From positions 60,480-81,538 of the forward strand of contig JAWLBL010000034.1 of the NCBI GenBank assembly GCA_041687695.1: a stretch of DNA of 21,059 nt, read 5' to 3'. Numbering within the stretch: position 1 is the stretch's first letter; each line of letters begins with the position of its first letter. Below, piece after piece: positions 9,777 to 18,288 of this stretch. The notes beneath the pieces were generated by a model. It ran no database searches. It was given only the letters and a program-made list of their open reading frames with translations, and was not told where the DNA came from. A program made the translations under genes and the position numbers. Source of the stretch: Myxococcota bacterium (GTDB lineage: Bacteria > Myxococcota_A > UBA9042 > PHBI01 > JAWLBL01).

Positions 9777-12700
9777 TCAGGGCGCCCCGTTGCTGACCCG
9801 CAGGGTGTACTCGCCGGCGGCCGGCGGGCTGCCGGTCCGGTAGACGCGCACGAAGTACGTGGTCCCATTGTCGCTGCAGCGCTGGACCCCGCTCGTCGTC
9901 GCAGCCTCACCGAACGCGCAGGGGCACTCGCCGAACTTCCCGTCGCCCCCTTCGCTGTAGAAGTCGGTGCGCTCGTCGAACTGGGTGGCGCCGCCGCAGA
10001 CCTTGTCTTGCGCCGCGCAGCCCCCGCGATGGACCTCGAACGCGTACTGTCCGCCAGGATTCACCGATAGCGCAATCTGGACGTGGAACTCGTCGCAGCC
10101 GGTCACGTCCGGCCAGTCGATGGCGTCGAACCGGTACCAGTGCGACACGCTGACGTCCGCGCCCACGCTGCCGCGGGCCTCGACGGTCGCGCCATCGTCG
10201 AGCAAGCACCCGAGCTGGCGCGCCTGCTGGCAGCTCGGGCCGCCACACACACCGGCGACCGCAGCGCACGGCTCGGGGTTCGGGTCGCCCGGATCGTGGA
10301 GGACGAGGTCGAGCACCTCGTCGCAGCTGTCGATCGTGCACGCCAGGCCGTCGTCGAGCGCGACCGAGCCAGGCACGCAGGCCCCGGTCGCCAGGTCGCA
10401 GGTCTCGAGGCCGTTGCAGAACAACCCGTCGTCGCAATTGGACACGTGCTCGATCTTCTTGAGCGCCTCGTTGCAGATGTCGTCCGTGCACGCGACGCCG
10501 TCGCTGAGCTCGAGCAGCTCGGTGGCACACCCGCCGAGGGTGCACTTCTCGACCCCGTTGCAGAACACGCCGTCGTCGCACGCCGCGTGGTCGAGCGCGT
10601 GCTTGACCGTCTTGGTCGCCTCGTCACAGGTGTCGATGGTGCAACCGATCCCGTCGTCGTGCGGCGGGTGGCCCTGCTTGCAGACCCCGGTTGGGCCGCA
10701 GACCTCGACGCCATTGCAGAACAGCCCGTCGTCGCAGTCGGCGGCCGTGGTGCAGGTGCACGCAGACCCCGGCACCCCGACGCACACTCCGGCGAGGTCG
10801 CACACGTCCTGGTCGGTGCAGCTCGCGCCGTCGTCGCAGGCCGTGCCCGGCGCGACCGGCGTCGTCACGCAAGCGTCGGTCTGCTCGTCGCAGCTCCCCT
10901 CGAGGCACGCCCCGTCCGCCGGGCAGCTCCGCGGCGCCCCCGCCACGCACTGACCCGCCGCGCACACGTCCCCGACGGTGCACCACGCGCCGTCCTCGCA
11001 CGCCGCCCCGTCGGCGCCCGCGTCGGGCACGGCGACGCAGTCGTGGTCCACACAGGCCAGCTTCATGCAAGCCGGCGCCGGGCCCTTGCAGTCGGCGTCT
11101 TTCGAGCACTCGCCGCATGTCCCGACGCACACCCCCGCCTCGCAGTGGTCGTCGTCGCTGCAGGCCAGGCCGTCGCTGCACGGGTTGCCGTCGTCGGGCA
11201 CGAACTCACAACCGCTCTGCGCCTTGCACAGGTCGTCCGTGCACGGGTTGCCGTCGTCGCACGTGACCTCCGTCCAGCCCTCGGGGTCGACCTGCGGCGC
11301 GCACGTCGAGCACACGCTCGTCGGCGACTTGCTGCCCACCGTGAAGCAGACGCCACCAATCAGACAATGCCCCGCCTTGACCTCGGACCGGCACGTCCCG
11401 TCCGCGCCGCACGTGTCCTCGGTGCAGCCGAGCCCGTCGGAGCACTGGACATCCAGGACGCAGGGGCAGCCCGGAATCGCCGGGTCCGAGGTCCCCACGC
11501 AGCTCCCCGCGCCATCGCATGTCGAGCTGGGCGTGCACGCATCCCCGTCGTCGCAGGCGGCGCCCGGGGTCACCTGGGCCTTGCACTGCCCCGCCGAGCA
11601 CGACGCCACCACGCAGGGCCCCGCCAAGCTCGAGCAGTCCATCGGTGCACCCACGCACGCCCCCTGGCCGTCGCAGGCGTCGTCCACGGTGCATGCGTCC
11701 CCGTCGTCGCACGGCGCCGTCGCGTTCGGCACATGCACGCAACCGCCTTGCGGCAGGCACGCATCGCTCGTGCACGGGTCCGAGTCGGCGCACACGACCG
11801 GGGTCCATGCGTTCGGGTTGGCCGCGGGGTCGCAGACCGCGCACAGGTTCGAGGGCGCCGTCTGCCCGGCCCCGACGCACGCGCCCCCCACCAGACACGT
11901 CCCCGGCGCCACGACGTGCCCGCAGGTGCCGTCGGCGTGGCACGTGTCGACGGTGCAGGGCAGGCCGTCGTCACACGCCGCATCCGAATCGCACAGGCAC
12001 CCCGGCAACATCGCGTCGACCGGCCCCTGACAGGCCCCTTGCGCGTCGCAGGTCGACACCGCCGTGCACGGGTCCCCGTCGTCGCAGGGCGCGTCGGCCG
12101 TGATGGTCACCGCGCACGCGCCGTCCACGCAGGCCGCCGTGGCGCACGCCGTCTCGAAGCCCTCGCAGTCCATCGCTTGCCCGGCGCAGCCCCCGGCGGC
12201 GTCGCACACGTCACCGACGGTGCACGCCTCGCCGTCATCGCAGCTGGCGCCCATCACTGGCGCCTGTACGCAGCCCGCCTCGACCGAGCAGCTGACCTCC
12301 CAGCAGGGGCCTTGGGCGACGCACGCCTCGACCAGGCTCAGGCTGGTCCCCGCTGCGTCGCACTGATACAGCCCATCGTCCTGGCAGACGAGCGCCCCGG
12401 CCTCGCACACCGGCGGCTGACAGCTCCCCGCCACGCACACCTGTCCCTCGGCCGCGCAGTCCTCCTTCGGCGTCCAGGCCACCCCGCCCAGGTCGCACAC
12501 CACGACGCTCGCCCCCTCGCACGCCGCGGCCCCGGGCTCGCAGATGGTCTCGGCGCAGTGCGCCCCGCCGGACTCCTGCACGCAGACCTGCCCCGCCGGA
12601 CACGCCCCGCACGATCCCCCGCAGCCGTCGTCCCCGCACACGCGCGCCTCCGAGCACGCCGCCTCGCAGCAGGCCCCGTCGCTGCACGTCTCACTGGCCG

Positions 12701-13862
12701 CGCACGTGCCGCAGACCCAGCCATCGTGCGCGCCGCAGGTCCTCCCCTGACACGGGTCGCCGACGATCGCCGGCTCGCAGCCCGCCAGGTTGAACCCCGT
12801 CGCGTCGTAGCTCACCTGGAAGCTCGCGCTCGCCGCGCCCACCGTGACGTGCACGGTCAGGCTGCGCCCCGGGCCCTCGACCGGACTGCACACGGCGACC
12901 GAGTAGAAGCTCGCACGCCGCGTGGCCATGCGCTCGGCGGTGTCCGCGAAGGCCGCCCCGTCGCCGTCCCCGAGCGTCGCGAAGAACGCCGGCGCGCTGG
13001 CGAGCTCACTCAGCTGCTCCGGGTCATAGCCGTCGACGAACGCCAGCACATGCACCTCGGTCGCGCTCGCCCCCAGCCGCTCGAGCACCGCGGCTCGCTG
13101 CGCCTGCAGGTCGCCGGTCTCGTGCAGCCCGTCGGTCACGAGCACCAGCGAGCCCACGGCGCGCGGGTCGCCCTGGCCCGCGGCGTCCAGCAGGTCCAGC
13201 GCCGTCGACACGGCCCCGTACAGGTTGCTCGACCCCCGCCCCGGATCGCCTCGGAGCGCCTCGATGCGCGCCCGAAGCAGCGCCGCGTCGTGGCTGAACG
13301 GCTGCCACACGACGGACTCGGCCGTGCTGCCGAAGACGTACAGGGCCAGCTCGTGCCGCAGCCGGGGATCGTCGACCTCGTCGACCAGCGTCTCGACCAG
13401 CGCGAGGGCGCCGTCGAGCACCGCGTCCAGGCGCCCGCTCGCCACGACCGAGTTGCTGAGGTCGAGCACGACGACCGAGCGGAAGGCGAAGTCCCGCGCG
13501 ATCGACAGCACCGGGGTCGGCGTGCCGGGCGGGCCCAGGGGCAGGCCGCTCTCGTCCTCGTCGACCCGCACGGCGCCCACGCTCGCGAGACCCGCGATCG
13601 GCGCTCCGGCGCAGTCGGCCAGCGAGAAGTCGAACCGCACCCCGGCGGGGGGCACCACCTCGGCCGGCCCCCAGCGCACCGCCTGCAAGCTGGTGCAGCC
13701 GGGCTCGGGCAGCTCACCGCCGCCGTCGACCTCGGCCGGCTTGGCCTCGCTGTCGATCTGTTCGATGAGGCCGCCGGCCGTGCTCTGGCCGCCGCAGGCC
13801 GCGGCGCCGAGGGTCATGGAGAGCAGGGCGGCGAGCGCTCGGCGCCGCATGTCGAGGTGCAT
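9777..13862 (-). CDS. vWA-domain lipoprotein with long Cys-rich repeat region and C-terminal beta-rich (PPC-like) domain; putative adhesin
   Basis: 1361 aa. Lipobox-like GAAA-C after a hydrophobic stretch. MIDAS VVLDLSNS (DLSNS at 13463-13449) and LVLVTDG. Many CDDGxxCTxxDxC repeats plus CDDGLFCNGxExC repeats. C-terminus TYFVRVYR..YTLRVSNG. Confidence 0.88.
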   Translation of the reverse strand: MHLDMRRRALAALLSMTLGAAACGGQSTAGGLIEQIDSEAKPAEVDGGGELPEPGCTSLQAVRWGPAEVVPPAGVRFDFSLADCAGAPIAGLASVGAVRVDEDESGLPLGPPGTPTPVLSIARDFAFRSVVVLDLSNSVVASGRLDAVLDGALALVETLVDEVDDPRLRHELALYVFGSTAESVVWQPFSHDAALLRARIEALRGDPGRGSSNLYGAVSTALDLLDAAGQGDPRAVGSLVLVTDGLHETGDLQAQRAAVLERLGASATEVHVLAFVDGYDPEQLSELASAPAFFATLGDGDGAAFADTAERMATRRASFYSVAVCSPVEGPGRSLTVHVTVGAASASFQVSYDATGFNLAGCEPAIVGDPCQGRTCGAHDGWVCGTCAASETCSDGACCEAACSEARVCGDDGCGGSCGACPAGQVCVQESGGAHCAETICEPGAAACEGASVVVCDLGGVAWTPKEDCAAEGQVCVAGSCQPPVCEAGALVCQDDGLYQCDAAGTSLSLVEACVAQGPCWEVSCSVEAGCVQAPVMGASCDDGEACTVGDVCDAAGGCAGQAMDCEGFETACATAACVDGACAVTITADAPCDDGDPCTAVSTCDAQGACQGPVDAMLPGCLCDSDAACDDGLPCTVDTCHADGTCGHVVAPGTCLVGGACVGAGQTAPSNLCAVCDPAANPNAWTPVVCADSDPCTSDACLPQGGCVHVPNATAPCDDGDACTVDDACDGQGACVGAPMDCSSLAGPCVVASCSAGQCKAQVTPGAACDDGDACTPSSTCDGAGSCVGTSDPAIPGCPCVLDVQCSDGLGCTEDTCGADGTCRSEVKAGHCLIGGVCFTVGSKSPTSVCSTCAPQVDPEGWTEVTCDDGNPCTDDLCKAQSGCEFVPDDGNPCSDGLACSDDDHCEAGVCVGTCGECSKDADCKGPAPACMKLACVDHDCVAVPDAGADGAACEDGAWCTVGDVCAAGQCVAGAPRSCPADGACLEGSCDEQTDACVTTPVAPGTACDDGASCTDQDVCDLAGVCVGVPGSACTCTTAADCDDGLFCNGVEVCGPTGVCKQGHPPHDDGIGCTIDTCDEATKTVKHALDHAACDDGVFCNGVEKCTLGGCATELLELSDGVACTDDICNEALKKIEHVSNCDDGLFCNGLETCDLATGACVPGSVALDDGLACTIDSCDEVLDLVLHDPGDPNPEPCAAVAGVCGGPSCQQARQLGCLLDDGATVEARGSVGADVSVSHWYRFDAIDWPDVTGCDEFHVQIALSVNPGGQYAFEVHRGGCAAQDKVCGGATQFDERTDFYSEGGDGKFGECPCAFGEAATTSGVQRCSDNGTTYFVRVYRTGSPPAAGEYTLRVSNGAP

Positions 13863-13905
13863 GGTTCGTAGGCCTCGGCCAGGGTCGTGGTTTCGAGTGG
13901 CCGAG

Positions 13906-13934
13906 ACGCTACACCGGGGCCGCGGAGCTGTCCA
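13906..13934 (-). promoter_or_regulatory. Putative sigma70-type promoter of the vWA lipoprotein gene
   Basis: On - strand: TGGACA (13934-13929), 17 nt, TAGCGT (13911-13906), about 44 nt upstream of the ATG. GAGG at 13876-13873. Confidence 0.5.
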
Positions 13935-14055
13935 CGCTCATTGCACCCGATAACACGCCCTCCTCACCCCTCGCTCGCCCCACCCGGGCCCAACCCGGCG
14001 CCACGATCGAACACGCCCGAATCCACCAATGTGCCACGCGGCACTTGGGCCCCAA

Positions 14056-14700
14056 TTAACCACGACAACCCGCACTGCGCAGGTCGGCCCCACGAGATCC
14101 ACGGCCACCAGGGTCCCGCAGCGCCTCCAGCCCTCGAATACCGTACTGCAGCGCCGCCACGAACCCAGCAAGGCCGGCCGCCGCCGCCACCGGCCGCACG
14201 CGCCCCACGCCCAGTGCCAGCTGCGCCAGCGCGACCAGCTGCAGATAGGTCGTCGCCTTGCCCCAGGCCCCCGCCGTGAAGTCCATGGGCGCGATCCGCC
14301 CGGCGCGCCGCAGCCGCCGATAGTTCACGAACGCCGGAGCGAGCAGCAGCTCCCGCGCCGTCAGCATCGCCCCCACCCACGCGGGGACACGATGCGCCCT
14401 CGCCAGCGCCGTCAGCGCCGACAGCACGAAGGCCTTGTCACACACCGGGTCCAGCCAGCCGCCCAGGCGCGCCTCGGCCTCGAGCACGCGCCGCGGCACG
14501 CCTGCCGCCGCCAGCCGCCCGCGCCGCCGCCGCGCGGCCAGGCCGTCCAGCCCGTCCGTCAGCCCGGCCAGCCCGACCAGCGCCAGGGTCGCGGCCGGCC
14601 GCGGCGCGACCGCCCAGACGGCGGCGGCCATCGGCAGCCGCACGAGGCTCAGCACGTTGGGCGTCGTCCACAGCCGCGCCGCCGCGTAGGGAGCCATCAC
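14056..14700 (-). CDS. CDP-alcohol phosphatidyltransferase family protein (PgsA-like)
   Basis: TPNVLSLVRL; TDGLDGLAAR...LGGWLDPVCDK; GKATTYLQ; hydrophobic helices. Start is GTG 14700 or ATG 14697, adjacent to the upstream stop. Confidence 0.88.
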   Translation of the reverse strand: MMAPYAAARLWTTPNVLSLVRLPMAAAVWAVAPRPAATLALVGLAGLTDGLDGLAARRRRGRLAAAGVPRRVLEAEARLGGWLDPVCDKAFVLSALTALARAHRVPAWVGAMLTARELLLAPAFVNYRRLRRAGRIAPMDFTAGAWGKATTYLQLVALAQLALGVGRVRPVAAAAGLAGFVAALQYGIRGLEALRDPGGRGSRGADLRSAGCRG

Positions 14701-14701
14701 C

Positions 14702-15076
14702 TCAGGCCTCGGCGACGATGTCGTCCCAGTCGCGCCCGAGGTCCGACAGGTCCTGCCTCAGCCGGTCCTCGCCCAGCGCCTCCTTCGCGCAGTGCAGGAC
14801 CGTCATGACCAGCCGCCGCGCCGCGTCGCGCCCCAGGTTGAACTGCTGCCCGATGAGCCCCAGGCACTCGTGGTAACCCAGCGGCTGCACCTGCTGCTGG
14901 TGGCTCCGCAGCCGCTCCAGCGTCAGCGGCTCGGGCAGCGCGCTCACGAAGTCCCGCGCGTGGTCCTCGTCGATGTGGCTCGCCACGATGCCCAGCACCG
15001 CCTTGACGGCCGACTCCGCGCGCTCGGGCCCCTCGATGACCTCCGAGGCCGCGTTGGTGAAGTCCTGAAACTCCAT
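14702..15076 (-). CDS. DUF2267-domain protein
   Basis: 124 aa from ATG 15076 with strong SD GGGAGGGAG. AESAVKAVLGIVASHIDEDHARDFVSALPEPL..AARRLVMTVLHCAKEAL matches the DUF2267 helical repeat pattern as I recall it. Confidence 0.75.
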   Translation of the reverse strand: MEFQDFTNAASEVIEGPERAESAVKAVLGIVASHIDEDHARDFVSALPEPLTLERLRSHQQQVQPLGYHECLGLIGQQFNLGRDAARRLVMTVLHCAKEALGEDRLRQDLSDLGRDWDDIVAEA

Positions 15077-15192
15077 GGCTCCCTCCCCGTGGGCGCCTGC
15101 ACCCGCGGCCCCCGCCGCGTCGCCTCCCACTCGCACGCCATAAGAACCTCGCCGCCTCCTTCTACCCTGCCCGGCCGCACGCCGAGGTCCCA

Positions 15193-15238
15193 GCGAGCGG
15201 CGTCGCCACCCTGCCTTGGGGGCGGTGACGCCGCTCGC
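15193..15238. other. Long GC-rich inverted repeat in the divergent intergenic region
   Basis: GCGAGCGGCGTC (15193-15204) and GACGCCGCTCGC (15227-15238) form a perfect 12-bp stem, extendable by G.T, C-G and C-G pairs. Confidence 0.6.
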
Positions 15239-15306
15239 CCCCGGTTCGCCTTGCATCGACCCCGCGTTTGTGGCGCCCTTGCTGCGCACGGACCGAGGGG
15301 GCTGCG

Positions 15307-17103
15307 ATGCGGTGGATGGCGCTGGTGGTGGGGTTGAGCGCGGCGAGCGCGGTGGTGGGCTGCGACGAGGGGCCGTCCTGCAAGTCGGGCGCCGCCAAAT
15401 GCTGGCCGCTCACGGCCGACGCCGACGCGCACCTCGAGGGCGACACGCAGGCCGACACCAAGACGCCCGACGCCGCGGACGACGACGTCCCCGCCCCGCC
15501 TCCGCCCGACTGGTCGACCGACGCCGCCCTGCCCGCCTCGGGCGAGCGCACCGACATCTACGGCCTCGGCCCCGCCCTGCCCGCCATGGTCCACACCGGC
15601 CTCGGCTACGCCCACGCCTGGCCGGTCGACGTCACCGGCGTCCGCCTGCCCTGGCGCCTGGTCGCCACCATCTTCGACCCCGACACCACCGACGAGACCA
15701 CGCTCTCGGCCCAATCGCTGGCCCGCTCCCAGCTCGGCTTCGGCACCACCACCGAGATGTACGACTGGCTCGGCCTCCCCGTCCGCGGCGACGCCCCCGA
15801 GGCCTTCCCCGGCGTCCCCTGGCCCGCCGACCTCGGCCCGGGCGACCGCGTCGGCGCCGGCCTGCTCGACACCGAGTACGGCCAGGCCCTCACCTTCTCC
15901 TGCGCGACCTGCCACACCGCCCGCGCCTTCGGCCGCACCGTCGTCGGCGCGACCAACCGCCGCTCGCGCGCCAACGCCTTCTTCGGCATCGGCAAGACCT
16001 TCTTCCCCCTCGTCTCCCCCGAGCTGGCCGTCGAGCTGGGCGGCGCCACCGAAGACGAGATCACCCTGCTGCTCGAGGCCCAGGGCAACCTCCCCGCCAT
16101 CGGCTACAAGCAGCCCGTCTCCGACGGCCTCGACACCTCGCTCGCCCAGGTCGCCCTCAGCCTCGCCCGCCGCAACGACGACGCCTGGGCCACCCGCAAC
16201 CCCGCCTTCGAGACCTCCCCCCGCCCCAACCTGCTCGACGACCTCACCGCCGACAGCAAGCCCGCCGTCTGGTGGAGCCTCAAGTACAAGACCCGCTGGC
16301 TCTCCGACGGCTCGCTGGTGTCCGGCAACCCGGTCTTCACCAACTTCCTGTGGAACGAGCTCGGCCGCGGCACCGATCTGCAGGCACTGTCCGACTGGCT
16401 CGACGCCAACCCCGACGTCGTCCAGGCCCTGACCGCCCTGGTCTTCGCCACCCCGGCCCCCCGCTGGACCGACTTCTTCCCCGACCAGCCCATCGATCTC
16501 GCCGCCGCCAAGCGCGGCAAGGCCCTGTTCGACGGCACCTGCGCCAGCTGCCACGGCACCTACGACAAGGCCTGGGACGACCCCTCCGCCGCCGACCCCT
16601 TCCTGACGACCCGCGTCACCTACCACGCCCAGACCCCGGTCCTCGACGTTGGCACCGACCCGCAGCGCGCCCAGGGCATGGCCGGCTTCGCCGACGCCCT
16701 GAACGCCCTCGAGATCTCCAAGCGCATGGACACCGTGGTCGAGGTCCAGACCGGCTACGTCCCCCCGCCGCTCGAGGGCATCTTCCTGCGCTACCCCTAC
16801 CTCCACAACCAGTCCGTCCCCAATCTCTGCGCCCTCCTCACCCCGGCCGCCGAGCGCCCCACCGAGTTCTGGCTCGGCCCCGACGAGGACCCGGCCACCG
16901 ACTACGACATGGCCTGCGTCGGCCTGCCCACCGGCGACGCCGTCCCCGCCGCCTGGAAGGACGTCCCCCGCGCCCGCATGGACACCACCCTCCCCGGCCT
17001 GTCCAACCAGGGCCACGACGCCTTCCTCCTCGACGGCGACGGCAACCCCCGCTTCCGCGCCTCCGAGCGCGCCGACCTCATCGCCTTCCTCAAGACCCTC
17101 TGA
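15307..17103 (+). CDS. Diheme c-type cytochrome lipoprotein, RoxA (rubber oxygenase)-like member of the bCcP/MauG superfamily
   Basis: 598 aa from ATG 15307 (SD GAGGGG). Lipobox VVG-C. CATCH (15901-15915) and CASCH (16540-16554). KPAVWWSLKYKTRWLSDG; GYVPPPLEGIFLRYPYLHNQSVPNL (MauG-type motif); SNQGH; C-terminal LIAFLKTL. Confidence 0.8.
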   Translation: MRWMALVVGLSAASAVVGCDEGPSCKSGAAKCWPLTADADAHLEGDTQADTKTPDAADDDVPAPPPPDWSTDAALPASGERTDIYGLGPALPAMVHTGLGYAHAWPVDVTGVRLPWRLVATIFDPDTTDETTLSAQSLARSQLGFGTTTEMYDWLGLPVRGDAPEAFPGVPWPADLGPGDRVGAGLLDTEYGQALTFSCATCHTARAFGRTVVGATNRRSRANAFFGIGKTFFPLVSPELAVELGGATEDEITLLLEAQGNLPAIGYKQPVSDGLDTSLAQVALSLARRNDDAWATRNPAFETSPRPNLLDDLTADSKPAVWWSLKYKTRWLSDGSLVSGNPVFTNFLWNELGRGTDLQALSDWLDANPDVVQALTALVFATPAPRWTDFFPDQPIDLAAAKRGKALFDGTCASCHGTYDKAWDDPSAADPFLTTRVTYHAQTPVLDVGTDPQRAQGMAGFADALNALEISKRMDTVVEVQTGYVPPPLEGIFLRYPYLHNQSVPNLCALLTPAAERPTEFWLGPDEDPATDYDMACVGLPTGDAVPAAWKDVPRARMDTTLPGLSNQGHDAFLLDGDGNPRFRASERADLIAFLKTL

Positions 17104-17108
17104 CGCTC

Positions 17109-18116
17109 ATGTCGCTCCCGCTCTCCGTCCTCGACCTCATCCCGGTCGGCTCCGGCTCGACCTCGCACCAGGGCCTCCTCAACGCCTTCGACCTCGCCCG
17201 CCGCGCCGACGCCTGGGGCTTCACCCGCTACTGGGTCGCCGAGCACCACAACACCGCCGGACTCGCCAGCTCATCGCCCGAGCTCCTCATCGCGATGATC
17301 GCCCGCGAGACCCAGCGCCTCCGCGTCGGCGCCGGCGGCATCATGCTGCCCAACCACTCGCCGCTGAAGGTCGCCGAGTGGTTCCGCACCTTGGAGGCCC
17401 TCTTCCCCGGCCGCATCGACCTCGGCCTCGGCCGCGCCCCCGGCACCGACCAGCTCACCGCCCTGGCCCTGCGCCGCTCCCGCGAGGCCCTGGCCGCCGA
17501 CGACTTCCCGCAACAGATCGCCGAGCTGCAGGCCTACTGCGGCGAGGGCGACTACCTGGCCGGCCACCCCCTCGGCCGCATCCGCGCCACCCCCTCCGAC
17601 GTCCCGCTGCCGCCGCTGTACATCCTCAGCTCCAGCGGCTTCGGCGCCCGCCTCGCCGCCCAGCTCGGCCGCCCCTTCGCCTTCGCTCACCACTTCAGCC
17701 CGGCCGCCGCCGCCGAATCGATGCGCGCCTACCGCCAGGGCTTCCGCCCCTCCGAGCACCTCGACCGCCCCCACGCCATCCTCGCCGTCTCGGTGGTCTG
17801 CGCCGACACCGCCGAGCGCGCCGACTTCCTCGCCGGCACCCACGACCTGCTCTGGGTCCGCATCGCCCGCGGCGAGACCGGCCCCATCCCCAGCCCCGAA
17901 GAGGCCGCCGCCTACCCCTACAGCGACGCCGAGCTGGCCCAGGTCCGCTCCTCCCGCGCCATGCTCACCGTCGGCACCCCCGAGCAGGTCAAAGCCCGCC
18001 TCACCACCCTCGCCACCGACCTCGGCGCCGACGAGCTGATGGTGACGACCCACGTCCACGGCCACGCCGACCGCGTCCGCAGCTACGAGCTGCTCGCCCA
18101 GGCCTTCGAGCTCTGA
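17109..18116 (+). CDS. Luciferase-like (LLM class) flavin-dependent oxidoreductase, YhbW-like
   Basis: 335 aa. LSVLDL, RYWVAEHHN, RVGAGGIMLPNHSPLKVAEWFRTLEALFPGRIDLGLGRAPG, FAFAHHF, VGTPEQV..ADELMVTT. Starts 5 nt after the cytochrome stop. Confidence 0.93.
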   Translation: MSLPLSVLDLIPVGSGSTSHQGLLNAFDLARRADAWGFTRYWVAEHHNTAGLASSSPELLIAMIARETQRLRVGAGGIMLPNHSPLKVAEWFRTLEALFPGRIDLGLGRAPGTDQLTALALRRSREALAADDFPQQIAELQAYCGEGDYLAGHPLGRIRATPSDVPLPPLYILSSSGFGARLAAQLGRPFAFAHHFSPAAAAESMRAYRQGFRPSEHLDRPHAILAVSVVCADTAERADFLAGTHDLLWVRIARGETGPIPSPEEAAAYPYSDAELAQVRSSRAMLTVGTPEQVKARLTTLATDLGADELMVTTHVHGHADRVRSYELLAQAFEL

Positions 18117-18145
18117 GCCCACGCGCAGCGCCCCGGCTCGACCCT

Positions 18146-18281
18146 CTGGAGCGCCCTCGCTCGCGAGGGCTCGTCGGATCAGCGCCGCTCGCGGCGCTCC
18201 GAACTCCACCCAACCTCAGCGCCGCCCCTGGAGTGCCCTCGCTCGCGAGGGCTCGTCGGATCAGCGCCGCTCGCGGCGCTC
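18146..18281 (+). repeat. Two direct 54-bp copies of a GGAGY-tagged double-hairpin REP-like element
   Basis: 18146-18199 and 18228-18281 differ at 1 nt (GGAGC/GGAGT). Each has GCCCTCGC-TC-GCGAGGGC + 10 nt + AGCGCCGC-TC-GCGGCGCT. Located between convergent stops. Confidence 0.9.
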
Positions 18282-18288
18282 ACCCACC

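Noticed and set aside
14020..14060. sigma54 promoter at TGGCAC within the GTGCC-N4-GGCAC palindrome
   Set aside because: The -12 GC is missing (GA at that position) and a better sigma70-like promoter lies at 13934-13906.
15307..17103. Assigning the gene symbol roxA or rubber-cleaving activity
   Set aside because: Motifs support the family only; orthology and active-site residues cannot be confirmed without alignment.
15216..18116. 966-aa ORF as a single fused protein
   Set aside because: The N-terminal ~630 aa are Arg/Pro-rich off-frame translation over the cytochrome gene. Only the part from ATG 17109 is a real LLM protein.
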